Source: Octopus sinensis
Lineage: Eukaryota
Direction: 5' to 3'
Length of the DNA: 64,000 nt
Assembly: GCF_006345805.1 (NCBI RefSeq)
Contig: NC_042999.1
Span: 79,856,001-79,920,000 of the forward strand
In this document: piece by piece, positions 27,122-39,718 of the stretch
Position numbering within the stretch: the stretch's first letter is position 1
Layout: each line of letters begins with the position of its first letter
Made by a program: the position numbers and the translations under genes
Notes under the pieces: generated by a model
What the model saw: only the letters and a program-made list of their open reading frames with translations
Databases searched by the model: none
What the model was told of the DNA's origin: nothing

Positions 27122-28824
27122 TAATAAATAAAATAAAACATATGCATATATATAAACATATATGTACGTACCTACCTCTACATGTACATATACACGCATA
27201 TATGAGTACAGGACACCAAAAGGACGTCGAACACAATGAGAAACGAAAACATAGACACAAACCAAAGGAACTGGACATTTTTTTAAAACAACAAAAAAAT
27301 AGAGTACAGGACAATTAACACAAAGAAAAAAAACCCTTCTTCAGTCGCTATGGTTTCATCTACTCTACGTTTCGAAGGATAAAAGCGAGACGTATCTTCG
27401 ACAAGAAACTTTCCTTCCTGCGAAAAGCAAATCAATTAAAATTCTGAGATCTTTTCGCAGAGGGGTAAAAATTGGTAACAAAAACAGGACAGTAACGACA
27501 GTACAAATTATAAACAATATATATATATATATTTAAATATAATATACACATATATATATACATACATACATATATATAATTTTATCCTATTTGGGGATAA
27601 TATAATGTTATAGGGAAAACTTTCTAGCTTATCAACCGATTACATATAGGCACTACGGTGGCGTGAACTGTCCTAACTTGCTTCACTTATGATGATGGTT
27701 TTGGTGATTGTGACAGCTTTGGTAGTGGTGTTAATGAAGCAGTAAAGGTGACATTATGGCTCACGTGACGAGACAGAATAGACATTGTGAGAAATTGTTG
27801 CTAATGGTGATAGTTCTAGTGCAGGTGGTGCGCCCTCCGACGCTTGAATACTTTCAACAGAATACATCCTACTGCAAACATTCCGGACAGTTCTTAGCGT
27901 ATTAGCATCACTTCTCTCCTTCCTTCCACCAGCCTTAGAAGCCCCATAAAGGATCTCTGGCGTTGGTCTTCTTCCACTGATTAAATCGTATTAAAATATG
28001 AAGGGAAAACAAGCAAAAAGGCTGTAATCCTTGACGATTTTAATAATCATGCAGTTAATTGTGAAAGTGCATGTCGTCACATGGCTGGAAAGAGTAATGG
28101 CAATTGTCATATTTTTGATAATAGTAATAGCAACGGTGGAAACATTGGAAGTTTGTGTTTGGTGACGGACGGTAAGTTGGTGCAATCATGAAATTGCAGG
28201 AGGGATGGTAGAGATGGCAGCCATATTTATTTTATATTTTTTGTTTTTATAACATATATTTCATAGTCACACCTCTTTGCTTTTTCTCTAAATATCCCTA
28301 GCCCACCTCACATATAATCTAATCAACCCTCTCAGCAATCAACCGACCACCCACTCCTTAATATTTTTTTTAATATTTTCTACATCGTATCTACTATACT
28401 CATTTCTTTTAACTACCCCCTATGCGCTGCACAATCATATCTCGCTCCCAACGACCACCCAACGCATTATTGTACAACCACATCACACGTCGTAATGATT
28501 ACTTAACGAACAAACAAGGCCACGAACTTGTAGAAACAATTTATAATCGTTTGAATTAACTCTACCGCTTCCTTCACGAGTAGATGGTTGACGGCTGTGA
28601 TAACACCACAGTTAAGATTACCACCGACGCTAACTCTATGTCCTGCTACTATCAGAACTACAAGCCTGCGAGGGAGCCTCATGCGGTCACTAGAAGAACT
28701 TGAAATAGCAGAAACGTCTCAGGATTGTGAAGCAAACTTCTTTATCAATGGGCCATGCTTGCGATTCATTTACATAAATATCATTACCACTACCACCAGA
28801 GGAATATAACTCTTAACATTATTA

Positions 28825-29243
28825 GAATCGTTAGCACGTCGGAAAAAATGCTTAGCGGCATTTCGTCCGTCTTTACATTCTGAATTCAAATTCTGCGGGG
28901 CTGACTTTGCCTTTCATCATTTCGAGATCGATAAAATAAGTATCAGTTGAATACTGGGGTCGATGTAATCGACTTACTCCTTCCCTGAAATTGCTGGCCT
29001 TGTGCCAAAATTTGAAACCATTATTAAAGCCATTGGTTTAATGCGGCGAGCTTGCAGAATGGTTAGCATGCCGAGTGAAATGTTTAGCAGTCCTTAGGTT
29101 CCTAGTTCAAATTCCGTCAAGGTCAACTTTGCCTTTCATCCTTCCGGGGTCGATAAAATAGATACCAGTCAATCACTGGTTCGATAATATCGACTAAGCC
29201 CCTCTCCCAAAATTTCAGGCCTTTTGCCTATAGTACAAATGAT
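28825..29243 (+). mobile_element. Two adjacent SINE family A monomers (28825-29022 and 29043-29243)
   Basis: AGAATCGTTAGCACG..core..GCTGGCCTTGTGCCAAAATTTGAAACC; GCGGCGAGCTTGCAGAATGGTTAGCATG..core..CAGGCCTTTTGCCTATAGT. Confidence 0.8.
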
Positions 29244-29895
29244 TATTAACATCATTAGTACATAAAATAAACAAAATATAAAACAACACCTAACTCATCA
29301 AAAGTAAAATTTTAGTTTAAATATAGCGGATGCTTTTATCCCAGGATTAACAATCCTTATTCGAACAGATCATATTTTACTGCAATCAAAAGTTGGTCTG
29401 GACGAAACTAAATATTTGTTCTTAGGCATGTAATATAGACGAATACAAAACTGAATTATAAAAGCGGTATCGTTCATTACATGCCAGAAATTTAAAATGC
29501 GTATTAGTAAAACCACTATGTGGTTACAGGCATACTAGAAATAGCAACAAAACCTTTTTTAAGTGAAACTGGTTATATCAAAAATAAGAGACGTAGATGG
29601 AAAGTAATGCACAGATACTGCACAAATACTAGAGTACTTCTCAACATAACACCAACGATAACTTATGATTTTTAAGATCAGCACAGAGTCAGTATTAGGA
29701 TTTGAGGAAAGAATGAGTAATTTGTCACTAAAGAGAAAAAATGCGGTCAAGACACAAATATTCGGTGTTGCTCCAGCATCACCGCAGCAATATGATCATG
29801 CAATTCAGATACTCTACTGGACAGATACTTTGTTTTTCGACCCTGGAATGATGGCAAAGTTAGGATTTTAACACGATATAGAGCTGGAACAAATT

Positions 29896-30471
29896 CTTTT
29901 CTACTCTAGGCACAAGGGCCGAAATTTTGGAAGAGGGGGCCAGTCGATTAGATCGACCCCAGTACGCAACTGGTAATTAATTTATTTGACCCCGAAAGGA
30001 TGAAAGGCAAAGTCCACCTCGGCAGAATTTGAACTCAGAAAGTAAAGACAGAGGAAATACCGCTAAACCTTTCGCCCGGCGTGCAAACGTTTCTTTTCTA
30101 CTCTAGGCACAAGGCCCGAAATTTTGAGGGAGGGGGCCTGTCGATTAGATCGACCCCAGTACGCAACTGCTACTTAATTTATCGACCCCGAAATGATGAA
30201 AGGCAAAGTCGACCTCGGCGGAATTTGAACTCAGAACGTAACGGCAGACGAAATACCTGTTTCTTTATTACCCACAAGGACAAACAAGGACAGACAAAGG
30301 GATTAAGCCGATTACATCGACCTCAATGCATAACTGGTACTTAATTTATCGAACCCGAAAGGATGAAAGGCAAAGTTGATCTCGGCGGAATTTGAACTCA
30401 GAATATAACGGCAGACAAAATACGGCTAGAATTTCGCCCGGCGTGCTAACGTTTCTGCCAGCTCGCCGCCT
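29896..30471 (-). mobile_element. SINE family A trimer
   Basis: Three reverse-complement cores; head GGCGGCGAGCTGGCAGAAACGTTAGCACG at the right end. Confidence 0.85.
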
Positions 30472-30814
30472 TCTCCATGCAATATATTAAAACGTTCCTA
30501 CATATTTCTTTATTACGTTTCCCTATGTTCATCCCTTTCCCTCTTTTGTTTACTCCTACTGTTTCTTTGTATGAATTTTGTTGCGCTTCTTATAGCTATT
30601 GTAGTAATCGTTGTTTGCTTTACACAGTAGCATGTCTTTGTCCAGCCTTCCATTTTTAAATCCCCTTCACCATTGTCCATTCTTGTTAAATATTTGCTTG
30701 ACGATGTTCCTTCCCCGCCATTAACATTATGATTGTCAAGAATTGAATACAAAAATACAAATTTAAAAAAATAACAGGCAAGTAATAAACGAACTTAATA
30801 TAGAAAACAACAAT

Positions 30815-31165
30815 ATCATTATCATTTCTTGTATGATGATGATGATGATGATGATGATGAAGAATAAGAAAAGGAAGAAGAAAAGAAGAAGAAGAAGATG
30901 ATTTTTTTATTTACCACAAGTGCGCAAGTGTCGACAAAATAATAAGCATGATCGGCGTCGTTGTTGTCGTCTTTATTATTTACCATGATCATCATCATCA
31001 TCATCACCTTCAGCAGCAATGGTATCAATACCCCAAACCCAACTTCATCAACATCGTCATCATCGTCATTATCATCAACGTCGTCGTCGTCGTTATCATC
31101 ATCATCATCATCATCATTATTATTATCTTCAACATCATCATCATCACCATCCTTATCTTTATAAC
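30815..31165. repeat. Compound (GAT)n/(GAA)n/(CAT)n trinucleotide tract
   Basis: Directly visible; source of the poly-D/S/H ORFs. Confidence 0.85.
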
Positions 31166-31631
31166 AGCTGCCGTTAAACAATTTTGTTGTCCTTTGTCTC
31201 TCTACGTTTTTTTTCTTTGATTTAGTAGTGAATAGTTCAACTTTTCGTGGTGTTTAATTTGGTAAATTTATATTAGCCCAGTTGAAATTTGAGATGGTAT
31301 AATGCGTGTCACTCACTCACGGTCGAAGTCCTAGATTGATTGATTGATTGATTCATTGATTGATTGATTGATTGATTCATTCATTCATTCATTCATCTTC
31401 CTGTATGTCTTATTCTCCCTCATTCTCAAGTTATGTTCTGCTTCTTCATCTGCATAGACACATAGCCACCATATCACCTCCCTTAGTTTCACTGTTTCCC
31501 CTTACGGCTTGCTGACTATTACCTCTGTTATTACGTATTCCTTTTTTGTTTATACTATGTTTGTATTGACCTCAATGCCTCAAACATACCATTTCGCTTG
31601 TTCTACATGTAACAATATTTTCATCATTTTT

Positions 31632-31768
31632 TAAATTCCGCCGAGGTCGAATTTGCCTTTCATCCTTTCGGGGGTCGATAAATTAAGGACCAGTTACGTA
31701 ATGGAGTCGATCTAATCGACTGGCCCCCTCCCCAAAAATTTCGGGCCTTCTGCCTAATGTAGAAAAGA
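31632..31768 (+). mobile_element. 5'-truncated SINE family A copy
   Basis: AAATTCCGCCGAGGTCGAATTTGCCTTTCATCC...TTCGGGCCTTCTGCCTAATGTAGAAAAG. Confidence 0.8.
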
Positions 31769-32839
31769 ATATTTTCAGCAGTTTTTTACATTCTTTTCGT
31801 TATAAGATATATTTTGACAAATGCGCGGGTATGATCATACGGTCAAAAAGTTCGCTTCGAAACTCTTGGTTCCCGGTTTGATCAGACATCTCGTCTCCTT
31901 GGAAGAGAATTTGCTAACACCAACCCGGGTTAATCTATTCATATGCCTAAAACGTGGCTCGGGAAATTGTGCAGAAACTCATTGCATCCACATACAGGGG
32001 ATAGAGTATAACTTTAAATACAGTGAGATCATTTTGTCTTACACTGTTCACGCTGATTTCACCTTCGTACCACGCGAAGGTTACATGTGTCTGTGGAATA
32101 TTTAGTTACACATAAATCGAGAATGTAGCTCATATGAACTGAGTGCCCATTGGCTGTGGTATAATGCAGATTGGTCGAGGTATGATGCAGAAACCGTAAC
32201 AACAATGTATATAGATGTAATGGGTAAAGAGTCAGAAAACCAGTGTATTTCTGGAAGAGAGGATGTTGCGTGAGTATTAATCGAAAGTTGTTTGTGTGGA
32301 TGCTTCTGTGCGTTTTTCTAAGGCGTGTATACACGCACATGAGCGTATATATGAGTATATATATCTTCAGCATTTATTATTTAAGAAAAGTGTTTTGGCT
32401 TTTGATGTGGACTGTGATTGAGCTCTTTGGTGTATCCGGGTTACATTTAATATAAACGTTAGGCATTTAAGGAGTCTCTCGTAAGAAATTAATGTGGGGA
32501 TTCATATAATATATACGTGCATATGGACATCATATTCTATATATGATAACTATTAATGTGTGTGCAGATATGTGTGCGCAAAATATTTTGGCTGTTATTT
32601 ACCAGATAAATCTATGATGAGAAATCGACCTGCTTTAGCCCTACAACCTTTTTGTACGTTGTAGGCAACATTAGCCAATATATCTTTCTCCTTTTAAACA
32701 AATGGTGTATGATCTAAGGGAGCATTGATTGCTATTTCCTATAGGTCGAACGACTACGTAAGCACGACGAACTTCTAGCAAAATATACGTATTTGTATGT
32801 ATGTGTGTGTGAGAGAAAGGGGGAGAGTATGTGTGTGAG

Positions 32840-32895
<56 letters not shown>

Positions 32896-34185
32896 GTGCG
32901 TGTGCGCATGCGTGTGTCTGTAAATATGCGTTTGCTTCGTTGAAGTACAGCTGTTCTGTAACGCATATCTGGTTGAATAGTCGACTGGATGCTGGAAATA
33001 TTTCATACACTTCGTCAGTTTTGCTAAGTGTACTAGGCGTATAATTAGCGAGTCTCGACTCTATTTATCTCATTCAAGTGTGATAAACAGAGTCAAACAT
33101 CAAATGCCTGGATATTTTCAGCTCGAATGTTCATACTAAGCGATATCCATCAATGGTCAATTAACACTAATGGCGTCGTGGAGGAGGCGGTTAGAGTTGG
33201 AAAGATGTTGATGAGTAAAACAAAATACCTGTAGGTCACGTGTTCTTTTTTCTTTTTTAACAAATATTAGTGATTTCAATGAAGCAACAACGGTTCCATC
33301 TTCTATCTCCAATATAAATGGTAACGAGATGCTAGTGACTTTCTTTGTTTCGGAGTGCTCTAACATATATAAGAAAGGCAACACTATTCAAAATGATTAA
33401 TTAGTGCTACTCTATTTCACAGATTTTCGTTACAATAATAAAAATTAAAAACAAACACATTCACATTCGTGCGAAATACGTGCACGCGTGCACAGAATCG
33501 TATATATTCCTATATTCTTATATGTATGTGTGTGCGTAAGTATGTGTAGATCGTTAGTCGTCACTCGCAAGCGATTATGAGTGATTAACATGTACCGTAG
33601 TTTCTTTATTTGCTTTATGCGTATGTAGTTGTGAGCAGACATAGACACCCACTCGACCTTTTTTCCGTTAACCAGCGAAATGCCGAAATTATGAATGAGA
33701 GGTGAGGCCGAGAACGGTCTGAATTAGCACTAGGGAGGTATATGCTTTTTTCCAGCCGAGGGGACTGGAGCAACATAAGAGAAAGTAAATTGCTTAAGAC
33801 CACAACCACCTCTCGGTCCACAAATCATACCTTCATGATTTTCAACACAATAACCTAATCAGTAGGCTACACATTTTAACACTACAAAAATACACACACA
33901 AACACATACACATCACTCACAAACAAGTGAATTCATACATACTTACATACATTCATACATACATGCATACATACATACGTACATACATACATACATACAT
34001 ACATACATACGTACATACATACATACATAATACATACATACATACATGCATACATACATACATACATACATACATACATACATACATACATACATACATA
34101 CATACATACATACATACATACCTACCTACGTATATACATACTTTCATGGGTATAAGTAAGTATCTCATTTACTTCTTTGCCACAT

Positions 34186-34240
34186 GTATCACTGACGAAG
34201 GGAGGATTCTTTTTGAACTAACCCTGAAATCGGTCCGATA
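34186..34240 (+). ncRNA. Degenerate minimal hammerhead ribozyme motif
   Basis: TATCA-CTGACGA(34192-98)-AGGG..CCCT-GAAA(34226-29)-TCGG-TC-CGATA; predicted GUC site; first stem I pair mismatched. Confidence 0.5.
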
Positions 34241-34687
34241 TGGTAATAATGGAATTTTTTAGAGATTTCTGTCGACCTTTTTTCGAGTAGCGTGCGTACT
34301 GAGAAAAAACTTATATGGTAAATGGACAATATGTTCAATTTTCGGCATATTTGGCATTAGAAATTTTTTCGTTTGCTTTTATTTATAAGTTGTTTATAAT
34401 TTAACCTTTAAAGGTATTTTTCGAAAAAATTTTATCCCACATTAGATATACATACATATATACACACAAACATATATACATATTTATTTATATATATATA
34501 ATTATAAATTCTTTTGAATATCATAGAAAGCATGGAAGTGCTCAAGTCAAACCAGGAACGCTAGATAAATTTAGGAGATACGAGGAAGAAGTTTACCTCA
34601 AGCAGACTACGATTGGTGTATACATATACGGATTTGATAAAAGGAATAGTCTAAAACATATATTAATACATTCAATGTATATATATA

Positions 34688-34769
<82 letters not shown>

Positions 34770-34773
<4 letters not shown>

Positions 34774-34873
34774 ATTTAGGGATGGTCATCTTGCCAGTTT
34801 AGCCAATAAAAACACACGCACTATATATTATATATTATTGGCTAAACAGGCAACATGTCCATCCTAAATACAA
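34770..34873. repeat. Fold-back element remnant, ~40-bp arms
   Basis: TTGTATTTAGGGATGGTCATCTTGCCAGTTTAGCCAATAA versus TTATTGGCTAAACAGGCAACATGTCCATCCTAAATACAA. Confidence 0.7.
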
Positions 34874-34934
34874 CGATATCTGTTTCAACACACGATTTCA
34901 CATCAAGAATCTTGTAAAACGAATATATAAACGT

Positions 34935-35024
<90 letters not shown>

Positions 35025-35404
35025 ATTACATATATACATATATACGTACATATATACATACATATATATATATATATATATTTCTACGTATATGCACAGC
35101 TCTGATGACAACAGACAGAGTCAACGACTATTGAAAAGATTGGAAGACGCAAAAGAGAATGACTCTCCACAAATACAATAATGCATATATGTGTATGTAT
35201 ACACACGTGCATGCGCACCCACACACACAAACATAAACACACTAACACAACCACACACGCACACAAATAGATTAATGTGTGTAAATATACATTTTGACAT
35301 CCCCGCATTCATAAAATCAAAAACTCAAATACATATACACCGATAAATATGAATCTATGTATAATATAGTGTAGTACAGTATAAACATATATATATATAT
35401 ATTA

Positions 35405-36065
35405 ATCAATATAAGGGTAGCAAAAAATTCAATAGAAATTATTTCGCCACCAGCGGTCTAGTGAGAAAGAAAAAATAGTCAATAGATTATATAATGTACA
35501 TTCAACAATAATATTAAAGAATGGCCTTAATAGACCATTCAACTCACTAAAACGAGCAGCTAAACTCAAACCGCTAAATAGTAGTAATTCGGAAATCAAA
35601 GGAAAATTAAAAACATTTACCCTAATCATCTTTGGACTATGCATGGTTTCGACGTACTTTTAGGTAAACCATCCTAATTAAATTAAATTTAATTTAAGCA
35701 AGACAATTTACCACTGGCCCGTCTCATCGGCAAAGAAGCTAGGAGGAATAAATATTCCACGAGGCAACAGCATCGATGCCTTGGGAATATATACTCTAAA
35801 TTTTCAAATCTACCGCCATCGCGCCAACTTATCAGCAGCAAATATAAACTGCTGATTTAATTTCAGAATTAGCCAAAAAATCATTAATTGATCAATATAA
35901 GGGTAGCAAAAAATTCAATAGAAATTTTTTGGCCACCAGCGGTCTAGTGAGAAAGAAAAAATAGTCAATAGACTATATAATGTACATTCAACAATAATAT
36001 TAAGGAATGGCCTTAATAGGCCATTCAACTCACTAAAACGAGCAGCTAAACTCAAACCGCTAAAT
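35405..36065. repeat. 175-bp direct repeats (35405-35579, 35891-36065) flanking 311 bp; LTR- or pseudo-LTR-like
   Basis: Five substitutions counted between copies (~97% identity). Confidence 0.9.
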
Positions 36066-36120
36066 TTTTATATATATTATTATATTATTATTATATATTA
36101 TTATATTATTATATATATAT

Positions 36121-36629
36121 TTCTTTTCTTTATCCCCGTATGTCAATAGGTTGCGCCAAGGGTGGGGCCTACTTTGATGATGTGCAGCGTCTGCTGTGAC
36201 TGAACAGTCCAATTCTAGAGTGGCAGTCCTTGGTACAGTTGCTGCACACGAACATCGATGGGTACGTGTGGGGTGTTGCTGCAGTTGTCCTCCTCCTGTC
36301 CCGCCTGTCCAACCGCAGCTGTGCTCTCCTCTCCTCAGCCATCGAAACGCCTTTCCTCACCGTCCGACGCCAGGCAGAGCGGTCAGCAGCTGTTTCCTCC
36401 CACGTGTCCACACCGAGTACCAAACGGAGTCATCCTGCAACAGACTAATATGCCAAGCATGTATGCCCTCCTCGTGCGGAGACGACTGCGCTGGCTCGGA
36501 CACGTCTGCCGCATGCAGGACGGTCGCATGCCTAAAGACATCCTGTACAGCGAACTCACCACGGGATCCCGACCCAAGGGACGTCCACAGCTACGATACA
36601 GGGACGTGTGCAAGCGCGACCTGAGGAGG
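36121..36629 (-). mobile_element. RTE-clade LINE 3' end with inverted 5' segment
   Basis: Minus 36420-36169: LGVDTWEETAADRSAWRR..CSNCTKDCHSRIGLFSHSRRC*. Plus 36417-36629: VPNGVILQQTNMPSMYALLVRRRLRWLGHVCRMQDGRMPKDILYSEL..GRPQLRYRDVCKRDL. Both are typical RTE ORF C-terminal motifs. Confidence 0.9.
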
Positions 36630-36631
36630 AT

Positions 36632-36663
<32 letters not shown>

Positions 36664-36929
36664 ATATATGAAAGTTTGTTTACAGAACGACACTACGAAC
36701 TAAATATAGTTCTTAAATCTGACGGAAAGCAGTTGTTGTTCGTGGTGTAAATGGTAGCACTCTTGTCGCAAAAGCAAAGAGGTGTGGGCTTGAGTCACAC
36801 ACATACAGGAAAACCTACATTTTCTTTTCGGCCGAGGCCTTAAATGCCTCATTATTAGTCTATTTTCTTTAATCATTGCGTGGTGATCGCTTATAAGCTT
36901 TAAGGTTATAAAATATTATTATTATTATT

Positions 36930-37240
36930 TAAAATACTTCAGCTTGAAAGCTACGGTCACGCTGGGGTACCATCGTTGACTGAGCTACACCATTATTTAA
37001 AACATCCTCTGATATGTTTCCTTTGGTCAATGAGAGAGTTTAATGCCGCCGCCCTCATCTGTGTTTCTTGTTCCTCTGGCACCCTTGACAAGAAGAGATC
37101 CGGTTTTGTTTCAAAGACACATCCACGCCATGCAGGTCTCTCAGGCATTTTGGAAGGATATTGAAGAGCTGTGGACCCTTGAAGCTGAAGATGTTCCAGT
37201 ATCTGGTCCTCTATTTTGGTGGCGATGCTGGTAACTTTGG
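36930..37240 (-). mobile_element. CR1/L2-like LINE 3' end, same family as 40586-41655
   Basis: Minus strand GGTCCACAGCTCTTCAATATCCTTCCAAAATGCCTGAGAGACC..GGATCTCTTCTTG aligns with 41400-41490; tail TGTAGCTCAGTCAACGATGGTACCCCAGCGTGACCG. Confidence 0.8.
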
Positions 37241-37620
37241 TACCATGCAGTGGCGCCCCGTTCTCTAGTTCGAATAACTTTCAATGTCAAAGTTTGGTAC
37301 AAGGCCTTCTAGGATTTTCCAGATGAATATCACACACGCACACACACACACATACACACACACAATCATACATACACACATGCATGTTTCTATTGCATGG
37401 TTTCGACATACGTCTGATATGAAGATTTCAACTCACTCTTGAAGGAGACTTGATCTAGTTCCACACAAAATTTCGCCCGAGATTTTCTGAACATCAAAGT
37501 AATAAGATTTGACTACTTGTATATTGTAACCATAAAATTATTTCACTCAATTTCCATCTATTAGGGGCGCCTTCTTTCCTTTTACGAAACTTTTTTCAAA
37601 CATGTATGTATGTATGCATG

Positions 37621-37696
<76 letters not shown>

Positions 37697-39098
37697 CAAC
37701 AGTGTATCATTCACCCTATAATTATGTGTGTGTGAGGGTGTGTGTGTATGTGTGCGTGTGTGTAAGTGTGCCTTTGTGTAGATACATATATATGAATATA
37801 TGTATATGTATACGTAATGCTCAAATGAAATTTCCCAGCGATACCACAAAGCTTTCAAGTGTAAAGTATTTGAAAACAACTCGATTAACTCGGCAGAAAC
37901 AATTTAGTGTAGAGCATTGATATCAATACTTTAAACTAGATATTTTCTGGCTTGTTCATCGAGTTATTTCTGAGTCCCTTACACATCAACTACTTCCTGT
38001 TATCCTGAGAAATTATATTTCAGCATTATATGTACGTATATACATACATACATACATATATATATATGAGTGTGTGTATGTGTGTGTATGTGTGTGTATA
38101 TATGTGTATGTATACATACATATGCATATATGTGTGTATGTACATATATATACATACATATATATGCATATATACATACATACACAAACACGCACACATG
38201 TATATATATACTGTATATGTATATGTGTGTGTGTACTGATATGTCTATATATATATATATACCTATATATATATGTATACATATATGGGTATGTAAGTAT
38301 AATATGTATGTATGTATGTATGTATAATACTGGGAGCTATATATGAAGGACTTATATTCTCGTTTCAGAGATTATGAGGGCAGTGGAATATTTGAGTGCG
38401 AAAGAGATAGTATACTAATATTTAATTTCGAATATCTATGTTCGAATGCTTTCTTTTGCTTAAATGATATATACGATTTATGGATTGAGTAAAACACGCC
38501 TTGAAATTATTTGAAAAGAACACAAGTTCGGGGAGCAGTTGCTAACGCAGAATGCGAAGAAAATAGTATGTTGGAAACTATTGAAAAAGCTTGTATTTCC
38601 TTGCAGAAATTAACCCAATTTCAAGGAAATGTACATGAGGTCTTACCAAAACACGCCGAAGAGCTTAGCGGAGTTAAAGAGCTAATGCCAATACAGTGTA
38701 TCTTATTTGTAGGGATTTATGGACAAAAATGAGTAGGTAACATGTTTGCACACAGAGGGATAATGGAATCTCTCGTCGTCCACATTTCCTGAAAGACCTG
38801 TACAAAGTGATTTTGTTTCCAGTAATCAAATATATGTTGTGTACATTAGTTCACTCCCACCATCAAATCGACATTGCCTGTACAGATGCATTAATGTGTC
38901 ATACATCAGATGTCAAGATGATAGTAGAGCAACGGGAAATAAAATACTTTGCACAAGAAGACAGTACGTTGCAGCGTCCAGGTATCGAAAGTGCTGTACC
39001 CTAGTCAATACGCTACGCACCTACACACTCATACATACATGTGAATGTGTATGCATGCGCATGTGTGTGGGTGTCAATACTAGATATGTAATTACATA

Positions 39099-39137
<39 letters not shown>

Positions 39138-39372
39138 ATAATTATTATTTAAATTATAATTTAGGGTATCTAAGGGATACCACCACGCTAGAAATAGCAG
39201 CCAAAACTTGACTCTAAAACCACATTAAATGTTTATACAGCACCAGAAGAGAAGACAAAGAGACAAAATAAACTAACAATAAATTACTGGATAATTCCAG
39301 ATCCCGGAATTCTGGCTCTGCATAAGAAATGTTTTGCCTCATCAGTTGAATGTACACAGATAGCACATAAAT

Positions 39373-39430
<58 letters not shown>

Positions 39431-39543
39431 CATACAAATATTTACCTATACGAACGTATACATACATATAAATGCACGTATGCACACGTATGCAAACTGC
39501 CCGCCTAAAACTCCTTGTGCGATATGGTCAAACATATCACCAG

Positions 39544-39590
<47 letters not shown>

Positions 39591-39718
39591 AGAGGATAAT
39601 TTTATAACTTCGTTAATTTCGTTAAACCGAAAAGTAAATTCGTTAAACTGAAGAACAAAATTAAATATAGGACTGCAGCTGGAAGTGGTCAGGTGACACC
39701 AAGGCGAAAGGATAAATA

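Noticed and set aside
31821-32105. 94-aa ORF
   Set aside because: It begins in a decayed SINE-B-like head; no recognisable domain.
38369-38732. Protein-like frames DYEGSGIFECERDS.. and ..ECEENSMLETIEK..
   Set aside because: Interrupted by two stops, weak donor sites and no recognisable homology; within chance expectation.
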